Source: Thalia democratica
Lineage: Eukaryota
Assembly (NCBI GenBank): GCA_965202585.1
Contig: OZ241832.1
Location: forward strand, 55,366,001-55,430,000
Direction of reading: 5' to 3'
Length of the DNA: 64,000 bases
In this document: positions 51,511 to 64,000 of the stretch, piece by piece
How positions within the stretch are numbered: position 1 is the first letter of the stretch
How the letters are laid out: each line of letters starts with the position of its first letter
Made by a program: the position numbers and the translations under genes
The notes under the pieces: generated by a model
The model's input: the letters and a program-made list of their open reading frames with translations, nothing else
Database searches by the model: none
Told to the model about the DNA's origin: nothing

Positions 51511-52689
51511 GAATCTTGTACCTACCTGTTTCAAAAAATAACTCTATCATCATATGTTACACTAATTTATTTTATGTAAAGTAAACTTTTTTTCTGATAA
51601 GCACACATTTAAAGTTTTTTGTACACTAATCATCTTATTGTACATGAAAATAATAAAATAAGGTTACAACATAATTATAAAAGTATCATTTTTACATGAG
51701 GTTATTTTTTATTTTATCAACGAAAGTTTTTAGAGTTTATTTTTTTGGCTTTTAGAGCTAAAAAACCTTTTAAATTTTACTGTGTTTAGTTATTCCTAAG
51801 ACAAATAGCTTCTTCAAGTAGAGCAGTATAAAACAAACATGCAAAAAAGTATATTTTTAAGCTTTTTACTGCTTTAATAATTGATTTTTGTCAAAAAAGC
51901 GGTAAAATATTAAATACGGTGGTCGACAATTATTTAATTTAGTATTAATGTACATTTCAATCTTTATTTAATATGTATTTTGATTCATAAAACTACTCGA
52001 TCATAAATTGTTAAGTAAAATCATATAAGCTACTTATTAGTCAGGTTATTTTATTTCTGGCAATGATGCTTAATAAGTCTTTGAAAAAATACTTAATATA
52101 TATGTTTTAAAATCTTATTCGTAAATCTGTTTTAAAGTTAATTTTACGTTTCCTTGGTTGCTTCTAAACTAAGGGTTAAAGTTTCAAGCAGTCGATCCAA
52201 TTTAATTTTAAAACAATTGTCTCATATATAGCATTTGCTGGTTGAATTTTTCGTTTAACAGCAATATAAGCAGTCAACAACATGGTGAGTCACGAAAAAT
52301 TCAAAAGAGGTAAACAAACAAAACCGTGAAATTTGAACTTAAATGGGAAATAATACATACAATCAAACACCAAATGAAAAGTAATAATACTTCGAATAAG
52401 AATAAACAAAAGTTTTACTTGCAAACACATTAAACATAGTTAATTTTTTAAACTTTTAATTGTCAAAATTTTCAAGTTTTGATGAAAACGGTAAATTAGT
52501 ATATTATTGTTTTTTTTTATCAATCCTTGTTTATTGTACTACAATATGTTATTACATATGAGTTACTAGCAAAAAGTAATTTTAAATACTTAACAAATTT
52601 CTTATGTTTTATAACGCCACGCTTTAATAACTTTCTATATACCCTTCCTTAACTCTTGTACTTCATAGCTTTACATAGATAATCCAGCA

Positions 52690-53290
52690 CAACTTAGCGA
52701 AGTCAAAAATGGGAGAATTTTACCAACAAAGAGAGAAGGTCGGTGTGCCTCGACAGCGGCTTGCATAAACAACATGGTTTATGTTATCGGTGGCCATGAT
52801 GAAAATCGTATTCCAAAGTGACGGGAAAATTTTTGTAGCTTACTTAATATTTGAAAGAAGAGCTTCGTAACTGGTGGGTTCAACAGTATTGTTAGTGTGA
52901 GCAACATTGGTAGATCAAACACTGTTGAAGTATATGACCATGTAGCTATCACATGGTCAAACATACCTAAAACTATTGAAAAAAAGTTTTGTCATAAACC
53001 AGTGGCAATAAAAACTAAACTGTTTGTACATGCAGGTGCTGTAAAACAAAACTGTGAAGTTTATGATTCAAACTGTAAAATATTTGTTTTGTTAAAAATC
53101 CTCAAGTACACTGGAAAGATTTATTCTCTTTTACCGATGGCATTATTTTAACTGGAAGGAAAAATGCTGTTATTAATTTTCGAGGGATTTATTCTATGAT
53201 TTTGAAAACTGTGGATGGTCAAATAAATCACATAAGGCAACATATGACATTTTTCTATCTTCCTGCCCTAAAATACCTCTTTTAGCTATA
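52690..53290 (+). pseudogene. Kelch-repeat (beta-propeller) gene fragment with stops/frameshifts
   Basis: REGRCASTAACINNMVYVIGGHD (followed by TGA), LFVTGGFN...SNTVEVYDHVAITWSNIP...HKPVAIKTKLFV...CEVYDSNC (followed by TAA), then a shifted YDFENCGWS; typical Kelch GG / Y / W pattern. Confidence 0.75.
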
Positions 53291-55329
53291 CAGGAGAATC
53301 TCTTAACTTAACCCCTAAATGAGTTTCGTGTACCCTAAAAATTTCGTGCACCTGAAAAATTTTTGTGTACATTAGTATGCACCTTGACGACTATTGATTT
53401 AAACCACCTTAAATTTCTACTGAAGCTTAATAGTAAAATATATAAATATAATAAATGTATACAGCAATTACTTATAATATTCTAAAGTATCTTTTTAGAC
53501 TGTTTGTAGAAAGAAGAAAATTGTTTAATCAACTTCTAGTTAAAGACGTAATGGAATTTTATGTAAATTTTTTAATACTTTATGCATCTTTAAAAATCCA
53601 TTAAATTAATTACAGAAACTAAAAATAATGTCTTTTTACTCTACATTCGAGAACATTTAGAGTGTGTTATTTGTCTTAATAAAGTTAAAAACATATAATT
53701 TTATGATATAAAGCTTTTATTTATTTATGATAAAGTTCAAAATTTTAATTAGATTTGTAAGTAAAATTGTTTCTGAACAAACGTTGTTTGAGTTAAAAAT
53801 AAAAAATATTTAACGAACCAGTATTCAACAAAATAAAAACCAAGGTTTATTGATTATAATCATATTTATTACTACTGTAATTGTAAGTCATAGCTAAGAG
53901 TTTAACATGACATATTTTATTTACTAAACACTCGAAAAATAATAAAACAAACTCCATTTACGCCAGTTGTAGTCTTTGTTATATTTAAAAATTTAAATAT
54001 TTTAATTAGTTAAGAAAACAAAATCTTTACTACAAAGATAAATTAAAAGTTTTGAACTGCGACCTGTGAGTATTTTTAAGCTAAAGGATATATTTTAGGA
54101 AATTGAGGATTTGTATTAAACTACTTTAACAAGAAGTTAGTTTCCCATTACTGCTTATTTATATATTTTTAAGCTTTAAATTTAAAATATACTTTCTATA
54201 GAAATTAAAACTTAAAGAGACTTATTAGTAGTCAATTCAAAATCAAATTTGTGATAAAAGTATTTTATTATTACATTTAATTTATTATAAAAAATGGTTT
54301 TGGTAAAATAAAATATTAACACTTGTTTTCTTAAAACCAAATTTGATTAAGAAATCTCTATAGAGTATTGCTTTTTTTTAACCAGTTGGTAGCTAACCAA
54401 AATTGAGTAAAATAAACTAGTTTATTCACAAAATAATTAACAGCTATAAATTCGTGGTAAACAGTCATTTTTTTTTAATTATCGTTAGCGTCAGTCATCA
54501 ATCAATACATTATTAAAATAAATTGTACTTAACTTTATAGCTAGTCGTTAAAAACTGTCTGCCAAAATTCAAACCTTAATCTCCACGAACAAAAGTAGGC
54601 TTTTATTATTTTAAATGGTTCTTAAAGTTAAAAGCAGTTTTCCGTTCCCCTTTATTTTGTTTTTGACGAAATACCGCATCACCAAGCAGCGTGTTGTTAA
54701 TTAATTAACGGAAACTATGATGTCAAAACGAACTCGACATAGAAACGCAATGTTGTTGCCATTGACATCTAAAATCACGTGTTTAATCTGTTGATTCTCG
54801 ACATGCATAAATGGTTAATTAGTTACAAATTCTTATAAGTTATCAAGTCTTAGAACAGTTTGCTTACATGTCATAAAACACAATACGCATTACCAACTGT
54901 TTATTTTTGCCTCTTAAACGATTTTAAAACTTATGTCTTAATTTGATGTTTTTCGGTGGTTAAATTAAAGTTAAGTTTTACGCCTTTTGATTGTTATAAA
55001 AAGATAGATAAAAGAAAATTTAAAAAAGAAAAATTAAGTAGTTAAGCAAAAAAAAAATCAAGTTGAAGCCAGAAAAAAATGTTTGAAACTAGTTATTAGG
55101 TAATTTTTCTAAATAAGTATAACATTTTTATATGATTATTTTTTGTGTTTAGCTTAAAGCTCAATAACTGATTAATTTTTTTGATAAATACTTTTTTACT
55201 TTAATTAAAAAACACTGAAATAAGTTCGATGGAGGTATAAGGTAACTACTATTATAAAAACTTGACATTTCTTATCGTCTAATACTTATACATTGAAGTT
55301 AAATAACCTAAAATTTTTGTAATATTGAC

Positions 55330-55452
55330 CTTTGCGGGCCATTCATTTTCATCAGCGGGCTGAAATCCAGTAAAATTTTTAAAAGTTAGGGAGCCGGTCA
55401 TTTTATTTCTATGGGCAGGATTCGCCCCAAAGGCCGTAGTTTACCCATTGCT
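55330..55452. mobile_element. Charlie-like MITE 3' end remnant
   Basis: GCGGGCC, GCGGGC motifs and a terminal GGCCGTAGTTTACCCA-like end. Confidence 0.35.
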
Positions 55453-55709
55453 ACATAATAACAATAGGGAGATTAAAAGTCTACATTTTATAAAGCCTAT
55501 TAAAACTTGAAAACTTGAAAATTAAAAAAGTTATAAAACATAATTTTACTTCGACTATCTTTTATACTTATTTGAAAATTAAAGTATATTAATTGAGATA
55601 ATATTAAACAAAACAACTAATGCTGTCAAAGCTTTAATATCAAAAACTAAAAGTGGTTACTTGCTATAAAAATAAACAATTCTTAAAACTTTCTTCATGT
55701 TGTTGAATT

Positions 55710-56113
55710 CAATTGTCGGAGTTTCAGTTGTCGGTCAATTTTTAGGTTTAAAATTTCAAAGTTTAAATTGTTGGAATTAAAACTATTCGAATTTGAATTG
55801 TTCAAACTTGAACTATATAAATGTAAATTGTCTGAATTTTTGTTTTAAATTTTGAAATAATGAAATTTGAATTATCTAATTTGATTAACCGAATTTAAGT
55901 TGTCGGAATTTGAAATGTATAAGTTTGAATTGTCGTTACTTGAGTTGTCGGAATTTGAATTTTTGTATATTAATTGTCCAAATCCGAGTTGTCGGAATTT
56001 GAATTGTCTGTGTTTGAGTTGTTGAAACTTGAATTGTCGTATTTGAATTGTCCGAATTTGAATTGTCAGAATTTGAGTTATCCGAATTTGAATTGTCCTA
56101 ATTTGAATTGTCA
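55710..56113. repeat. ~15-bp minisatellite (TTGTC(C/G)GAATTTGAA-like), degenerate
   Basis: Many copies of AATTTGAATTGTC variants; most regular at 55975-56113. Confidence 0.85.
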
Positions 56114-57459
56114 TGTAACCGTTTGTTGCTATGGAGCTTATTTTTTTAACAACTAACCTTTTTAATTACTTGTAAAAATGAACATACTTTTTTTTGCAAA
56201 TTCATGTTTTGCTAAATTTCATAGAAAAATTTGATAAGTTTTAAAGTTATTAAAAAAAAAACGTTTTTAGTAATTATTACAAGCACTGCTAAAATCATTA
56301 TAACTCTATTTATGAAGTTTATAAATACTACGATTTAAAATGAACTACTCTTACTTTGACCCTTAACTAATTAAAATTATTAAATGTTACCATGAGTCAA
56401 GTCCAACACCAATTAAGAAAAATTAGGAATTGAACTTATTTATTTATAAAAAGTTTTATATTTTTTAATTTATAATAAAGTGTGTACATTTTGGATTTAA
56501 GTTAAGTTTATTTTTGTATTGTCTTGAATACTTACTTTTTTACAAATAGTCTAAGAAACTGAAGTTTATAAATTGGTTTTAAGTTTTATGTTAATACTTT
56601 TGTTGTTAGCAGTCATTTACAAAGTTACAGTCAAATAAACTGTTTTTATTTTTAAATTATTAAATAAGCAACATTGTTAAGTACTGTTTATTATTTAATT
56701 TCACTCGACAAGTTTACATTTTATTGCAACCGAAACCTGTTAGTAAATAAAATAATTAATTTTCTCTATTTAGATAAGCTTTCTACACTATTGTAAATTT
56801 AGCAATATTTTTTAGTTAAGAAACGTGCTGAAACGTGTTGGTTTTATTTTAAAACTTTTTTTTTATAATGTTTCAAGTTGAAATAATATTTTATGTACTT
56901 AAAAACTTTTAAAAGTTATTAATTACTAACTTGTTTTTCTCGCTTAAGAGTTATTTTGACGTCTAATTAATAAAACATAATACATAATTTTATAAAATTT
57001 TGTATTTTGTTTTGCATCAATAATTTTGATCAACTGGCATAAAAATGCAATGTTTAACTGAAAAAAAAGGAGCATTTAGCTTACAAAATTTATAAAAAAA
57101 CTTAATTAAAAAATATAAACACGGATATCAAAATAAATAGTTTAAAAGAACAAGTTTTTTGGTTTAAGTAAATGTGTATGGAAACAAAAACAGAAGGTTT
57201 TTACTAAAAACTAGCTATAAACCAAAACTGAAATAATAAATAAAAATTATCTATATAAAGACTTGTAATATTTAGTAGTAATCTCATTTTAAATAAATTA
57301 AAACTAAACAAGTCTAATACATTACTAAAAACGAAGTTTGATTTGAAGCTTACTTAAAACTAAAATAAAAGTCTAGGTGATTATAATTTACTTTTTTTTT
57401 CAGTTTTTAGCTTATAACAAGTTTATTTGACATTGAAAGTCATTCATGTTAATTAAAAA

Positions 57460-57670
57460 GGGCAGGGAAAGGGCAAAGGCCATAAATTAAAAATTAACTA
57501 GATATTCTGGTGTTGATGATGAAGCGCAAAAAAAAGGATCTGGTGTTGAAGATGAAGCGCAAAAAAAAAGGTTTTGTAGCATAGTTTTACGAGAAAAGTT
57601 GTTTGAGAGGACCACAATTTTTAAATTACTGCAAAAGAGGCCGTATGAAAAAAAGTCTTTGAAACCATGG
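57460..57670. mobile_element. Degenerate hAT-type MITE remnant with a 33-bp tandem duplication (57506-57571)
   Basis: TCTGGTGTTGA(T/A)GATGAAGCGCAAAAAAAAGG twice; GGCCG...AAAAAAAGTCTTTGAAACC near the end. Confidence 0.35.
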
Positions 57671-59664
57671 TTAGATCCCTTTTTTAAGTCATAAAAAATA
57701 ATGATTCAATAAAAGTAATGGTTACTTATTGAAAGCAAACGACCTTCTAAAAGAAAAATTGAGAAAAGTACACTTGATTATAGCAACTTCATGATAGGTT
57801 TTATTTTATCAAAAACAAACCAATACACTGTTTAACCGATTTTTAAATAAGAAAGAGTAGAAATACTGTCATAAAAATTTTCTAAGGTTAACATATTGCT
57901 CGATTTCTGATAACGTTTTGTGAAAAGGGTTGTTTCTACATTAATGAGGTGGTTTTTTTTTATGAACAGTGTTTCACTTTAATATCAGTAATTCAATAAA
58001 GTTATTGTTTTTAAAGTTAATATTTATTTAGTCAATGTTGCTAAAATTCTTCACAGTAACTATAAAGCGTTTCATTTTTGATTTTTAAAGCTTCATCCTG
58101 ACAAAAACAATGTAATTTTTAAACTTTTTTCAAACAAATACATTATGAGAGATTAAAGACTTTATAAGTAAGTTGGATTTTTATAGTTTGTTGAAAAAAA
58201 AAATTCACGTAATGACATTTGCTGCAAGAGCATTTCATCGGACGATGATTAAGCTTTTTAATTTTGTTACTCAAAAATTTTTTTATTGTGTTTATGACTT
58301 TCCATGTTAGAATTTTAAGTAAGCATATGTCCTGCTTTTATCAACAAAACTAAAGGTAAAGTTTTCTAAACGTTTTCAAAAAATGTTAAAATAACAAAAC
58401 AACACAAGATTATGTGTTGAGAAATTATTATTGTTATACTAATTTTGTCTTAGATATTTAAAAACAGTTACTTTAATGTGAGCTCTGATTTCAGATAGAG
58501 TTGACAAAATTACTTTCTGTTGAACTCTAGTAAAAGAATCAAAGTTATATTGGTAATAGAAATAATTTTAATCTAACTTAGTTAAAGAAATTTAACCTAA
58601 ATTTATTAACAAAAATCCATAATGGTTTAACATAAGTTTCTAAGAGTTTTCTTATGAACTATACTTTTCAAGTGCACTATTACTTTAATAAACACATAAA
58701 ACAATCAAATTCTTTATTTCTATATATAATTTGGAATTTAAAGACCATTAAAAGTTTTAGTATATATTTCTTTAACTCTGCAGACTTCAATATTTTATTA
58801 GTCTGGCTCGCAAATGGCATTTTAGACCCTTAAATAAAAAATACTTCTGATCACTATGAAACCTCATCGAGTAAACAAACGAAATATGTTCTAACTTTAT
58901 TTTCTTAAAAGTTTTAATGACATCAGAACTAGATACAATTGTTAATCAACCCAACTTTGATTTTTTAAAACGATCCGTGTTCGACTATTTTTGTTGACTA
59001 GATAAATAACTTTATAATACAAACACATATTTCTACTATCTTAAACTTTTATGTTCTCAAGTAAATTTAATCCTGGTAGGCAACTTTTGAAATCAAGAGA
59101 AACAGATTTAATAGAGTAAAATTTTTATGCACTAGATTTATTAAAAACGCATATTTGCAGGCTACTGTAAACTTTTAAAACTTTACTTGAAAATTATGAA
59201 AACAAACTTTCAAAAGCTAAATTTTAATGTAACACATTTTATTAGCAATACTGTTTAATATAAATTAAATTAGGAAAAACTTGTAAGTATAAAATAAAAA
59301 CTTTAACTTAGATTGTATTTTCAATTATTTTAAGCTAAAAATTACGGTGCAACAATGATAACTTGGTGTTGCTGTTTAAAACATTTTTTTAAAAACTAAG
59401 TTGATAAAATTAAAAATTATAAAGTCAAGTCATAAATGTAAATTTATTTAGTTTTTGAATAAAACATAACATTAGTTAATTTAAAGACAATACCATATTT
59501 AGATAAGAGTTTAGTTTTATTCATTATAAAGTTATATTCATCCGGAAATGGTCGTATCTTGACAAAAAAAAAACTTAATCTGATAAACTATTTAATTTAA
59601 TCCACTTGACTTTTTTTCAAACATAATTGTCTGTAAATGCTTGTGCAAGATAATGAAATCAAAG

Positions 59665-61263
59665 AATAATAAGAAAATTTAAAACTCTGACAGTTTAGTG
59701 TTCGACCATTTTGTATGCTGATTAGGTTTGTACAATTCACGGCTCAATGGTTTTAAAAATAAGTCAGCTAAATATTTTATAGATATTTTTTGTAAAACTG
59801 TTTTTAAAGTTTCTAAAGACAAATTTAAAGCTTATAAAAAACTAAACTATTTAAAAAACATTATGGTTATTTTAAAATTTTCGTACTTTGCTTAAGGGAA
59901 TGTAGTTAAAGTGGGTAATTTATAAAAAAAAGAAAATAATAAGAAAATTTAAAACTCTGACAGTTTAGTGTTCGACCATTTTGTATGCTGATTAGGTTTG
60001 TACAATTCACGGCTCAATGGTTTTAAAAATAAGTCAGCTAAATATTTTATAGATATTTTTGTAAAACTGTTTTTAAAGTTTCTAAAGACAAATTTAAAGC
60101 TTATAAAAAACTAAACTATTTAAAAAACATTATGGTTATTTTAAAATTTTCGTACTTTGCTTAAGGGAATGTAGTTAAAGTGGGTAATTTTTAAGAATGA
60201 AGAAGATGATGTAGTGCCCAAAGTAGTGATTTCCATGGTCAATGTTGGCAGTAGTAGGTTTTAAAAAGAGTACAATCCATTTTAAAGTTTTTGTTGTTAG
60301 TTGGTTAATAATAAAAATGTTTGTTATTTTTTGAGTTTTCAAAGCTAGAAAAGTTAAAAAAGCCCAAAAAAGTTTCGGAAGCAAATGGTGTGTAGCTTAA
60401 GGCCATAGGGGGGTGAAACACTTTTTTCACAAAAATTAACTTTGGCTTTTATATAAACTTAATTAACTTTTAATAATAAGAAAATTTAAAACTCTGACAG
60501 TTTAGTGTTCGACCATTTTGTATGCTGATTAGGTTTGTACAATTCACGGCTCAATGGTTTTAAAAATAAGTCAGCTAAATATTTTATAGATATTTTTGTA
60601 AAACTGTTTTTAAAGTTTCTAAAGACAAATTTAAAGCTTATAAAAAACTAAACTATTTAAAAAACATTATGGTTATTTTAAAATTTTCGTACTTTGCTTA
60701 AGGGAATGTAGTTAAAGTGGGTAATTTATAAAAAAAAGAAAATAATAAGAAAATTTAAAACTCTGACAGTTTAGTGTTCGACCATTTTGTATGCTGATTA
60801 GGTTTGTACAATTCACGGCTCAATGGTTTTAAAAATAAGTCAGCTAAATATTTTATAGATATTTTTGTAAAACTGTTTTTAAAGTTTCTAAAGACAAATT
60901 TAAAGCTTATAAAAAACTAAACTGTTTAAAAAACATTATGGTTATTTTAAAATTTTCGTACTTTGCTTAAGGGAATGTAGTTAAAGTGGGTAATTTTTAA
61001 GAATGAAGAAGATGATGTAGTGCCCAAAGTAGTGATTTCCATGGTCAATGTTGGCAGTAGTAGGTTTTAAAAAGAGTACAATCCATTTTAAAGTTTTTGT
61101 TGTTATTTGGTTAATAATAAAAATGTTTGTTATTTTTTGAGTTTTCAAAGCTAGAAAAGTTAAAAAAGCCCAAAAAAGTTTCGGAAGCAAATGGTGTGTA
61201 GCTTAAGGCCATAGGGGGGTGAAACACTTTTTTCACAAAAATTAACTTTGGCTTTTATATAAA
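59665..61263. repeat. Higher-order tandem repeat (A-A-B)x2, period ~806 bp; A ~270 bp
   Basis: A units start at 59665, 59935, 60472, 60741; B units start at ~60191 and ~60997; copies differ at only a few bases. Confidence 0.95.
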
Positions 61264-62339
61264 AGCTTAAATATAAACTACGAGCCAGTTTTTTAATAAT
61301 CAAAAGTATCATTTAACTTGAGATATTTCATTTTTTGTAAAAAGTTTCCGTATGGACCACAAATATTTTGGGGTCAATTTTCTCAGAAATTTAAAAGTTT
61401 ACTAAAATCTATCTTCTCCTTCATTTTTTAATCAATCTTCTTCAAATTTTCAGGAAATGTTCCTTATATTATAAAAAAAAATTATTTACAATTTTTAATA
61501 AATTAAAGAAATAAAAATTTATCACAATAAAAAAAGGTGTTTTTTTTATTAAATATTTTTACACAAATTTTTTTGAACTTCAAGATAAATATTTTTTTAT
61601 TGTATAAATATAAGACTGTAAAAGTTTGTAAAAGATTGCTAAAAAAATGTATGAGGAGATATATTTCAAATAAATAGTCTTTTATGATGTTTTAGTTTTC
61701 CCTTCCCATAGGGAACTTATTATGCTGCCTGACTTTGACTGGTAATATCTCAAAAATTAACCCGATTTTTTTAAAACGGTAAAAAGTGTGTTGAAGCTAA
61801 AAAAAAATATTAAATAAGATCAACTTGTAAAAACATGGAAACCTCCCTATGGTCTTAACAACTGAAAGGTTTTCCACCCAACAATGAATTGAACATAGTT
61901 GTGATGTGGGCATTACATTTTTTTTGCTATGTTCTTAGAGAAAAAAAGACAAGCTATGACATTCAGATATTCTAAAACAGCTTTAAATTTCAATCCTCTT
62001 ATATAATTTTAGTGTACAATATACTTTATTTTATTTACAGTTTGAAACTTTTATCCTTATTTTGTCCAATAATGATATATTAATGCCCTTAACATAACTG
62101 CAAAAATTCCTATTAAATTTTCTTTACACCTTTTAATAAATTGGTTTAGCTTAAATATCATTTTGCTACTATCAAAAGTAATTCTGTATTTGACAAATCT
62201 ATAAAATAATTTTCTAATAGTGCAACTGCTTATAAAAAATAATTAAAACAAATACCAAAAAAAGTGATGGAGTTTGAGAATGTGCTGTAATTTATTAAAA
62301 ACAAAACATGTTTTTTTACAAAAGATGTATAAATTAGAC

Positions 62340-62726
62340 TTGAAACCCTGGAAAAGCCTGCAAAACCTGGAATTTGAAAATTAAGGCTAAAAAATCCATG
62401 AAGAATCTTGAATTTGAGAAAATTAAAAAACACCTGGAATTTTAAACAATGTTTACATATGAAGTAAAAATGTTTGAGTTTAGAAGAAAATTTAGAAAAT
62501 TCTATTATATAGTTAAAATATTTTGTCATCATCAAAACATTTTTTATTTAAAAACACGTTTTAAGTAGGTTTAAAGTATCTTTTCAATGTTTTTATGGTT
62601 TTTAAACAGTTTTTGCCTTAAACTTAATTTAAATATAAAAATAGACCTAAAAACAGGAATTTTTAAAATCCTGGTAAAAAGTCAGAATACCTGGAAGAAG
62701 TTACTCAAAATCTAGTGGCAACCCTG
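62340..62726. mobile_element. CAGGGTTGCC-type non-autonomous DNA element remnant (one end visible)
   Basis: Repeated (A/C)CCTGGAA motifs ending in GGCAACCCTG, as at 27747. Confidence 0.5.
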
Positions 62727-64000
62727 TGGTTAGAAGTTTTTTACCCGTTTAAAATATTCAAGGTAACAAATTAAAAAAAGACTGAAAACAGTTAGGAGTA
62801 AAACATATGTTGTTTTACATTATAACTTTATTTTTAATGCAACTTTGCACACTATAAGATCTACTAAATTAAATTAGTTTGCTTGCTTATGTTTTATTTT
62901 TGAGTATTTTAGAATATTATTCGCAGTTTTAGTTAAAAAAAATAAGTATTTTTAACTCTATAAGTATATGCTGGATTGACTTCAGTTGTAAGTTTTTAAA
63001 CTTGGGTTTCTCAAAATAATAATAATAAAACTGATAAAAAAAATTATAACTGTTAAGTTTAATATGGCTAACATTTAAGTGCGATTTACTAAATGTAAGT
63101 ATAGTTAAATTGATATGCTTAACTTACTCTGTATAATTAAAATATTTATTTAAATAAAAACAAAGTTATTCAGGATCAACTGTTTTAAAGTTACTTCTAT
63201 ACCTCTAACAATTAGTAAACTCAATATGTATTAAAACATATAAATACAAGTTTTCTTTTAATATTTATATGTAAAAAATGTACTGATTAAACTTAAACTT
63301 AAACATATTTTAGATGCCCTTTTTTATTATGTACTCTTTTTAAAGTGTTTATCATGTTGTCATAGTTGCTCATTTACTATTTTGTCAAAAAATTATTATA
63401 ACTGCTACTTGCTGATTCTAATTGAAAATTACCAAAATAAACATAGGCTACTTTTAAAAGCAAGTTAATGACTTTCTGCTGACTTATAGTAGTTTTATTT
63501 GTTTTTTATAATACAAAAAATATTAATGTTTCTATTACTATTTAAATTCTATTTCTAAAAATTTATTTTTTTATTAGGAAAATGGACAAAACAGTAACTC
63601 GGTTTTAAATTATTTGTTTGGTTTTATAAGTTATGCTCAAACAAGAGTTAATTAAATCAATACATTTTTCACAATAATAGATTACTAAAAAATTACAGAA
63701 TTTTTATACAAAAATGAAATAAAAAGTTCTAATAAGTTTTTTATTTATAAAATAAGTAGAAAACTGTCCTACTTTTAACAAATAGAAAAGTAATACATAA
63801 TACATTTTTCACTTGCTTATTCTAGTTATTTTTAAATTTAAACATTTATTTCAAATGTTGTTAGAATATTAGTACATTTAACTTTTTGAATACAAAATTA
63901 TATTTTTAGGGTGTGTTTTAAGCTGTTAGATGTTTTAAGTTTATAGCAACTATTTTTTTAATTCTGGTTTAAGATATGTAAATTCATAAAAAAGTTTGTA

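Noticed and set aside
53305-53390. TTAACCCCT followed by TTTCGTG(T/C)AC repeats as a piggyBac/MITE end
   Set aside because: No matching second end or TSD was found; too short to classify.
60175-61190. Twin 69-aa ORFs (60175-, 60981-)
   Set aside because: Identical only because they lie in the young tandem duplication; no recognisable protein.

Overview
AT-rich (roughly 25% GC by eye) animal genomic DNA with spliceosomal introns; no prokaryotic operons or CRISPR arrays. The organism cannot be determined from the sequence. The dominant feature is a ~35 kb inverted duplication (palindrome): left arm ~11,345-29,205, right arm ~32,359-46,551, and a unique ~3.15 kb spacer. Each arm carries an intact 10-exon Rh-family (Rh50/SLC42) ammonium transporter gene, transcribed head-to-head outwards. 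Both gene models splice into a 439-aa ORF with a 5-nt ATG micro-exon, a TATA/Inr core promoter, twin-His and Phe-gate residues and an acidic tail. By manual comparison the CDSs differ at only 7 of 1,320 nt, while introns and outer flanks are visibly more diverged. The arms also differ by a 3.3 kb hAT-type insertion (8-bp TSD; empty site in the sister arm) and by tandem-repeat copy numbers. Outside the palindrome are a spliced GNAT-like acetyltransferase gene (5.1-6.3 kb), a decayed CR1/L2-type LINE RT at the right arm boundary, a Penelope-like GIY-YIG 3' end followed by a minimal type I hammerhead ribozyme motif, a Kelch pseudogene, minisatellites/MITE remnants and a very young higher-order tandem repeat (59.7-61.3 kb). 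All coordinates were counted by hand and identity estimates are by eye.
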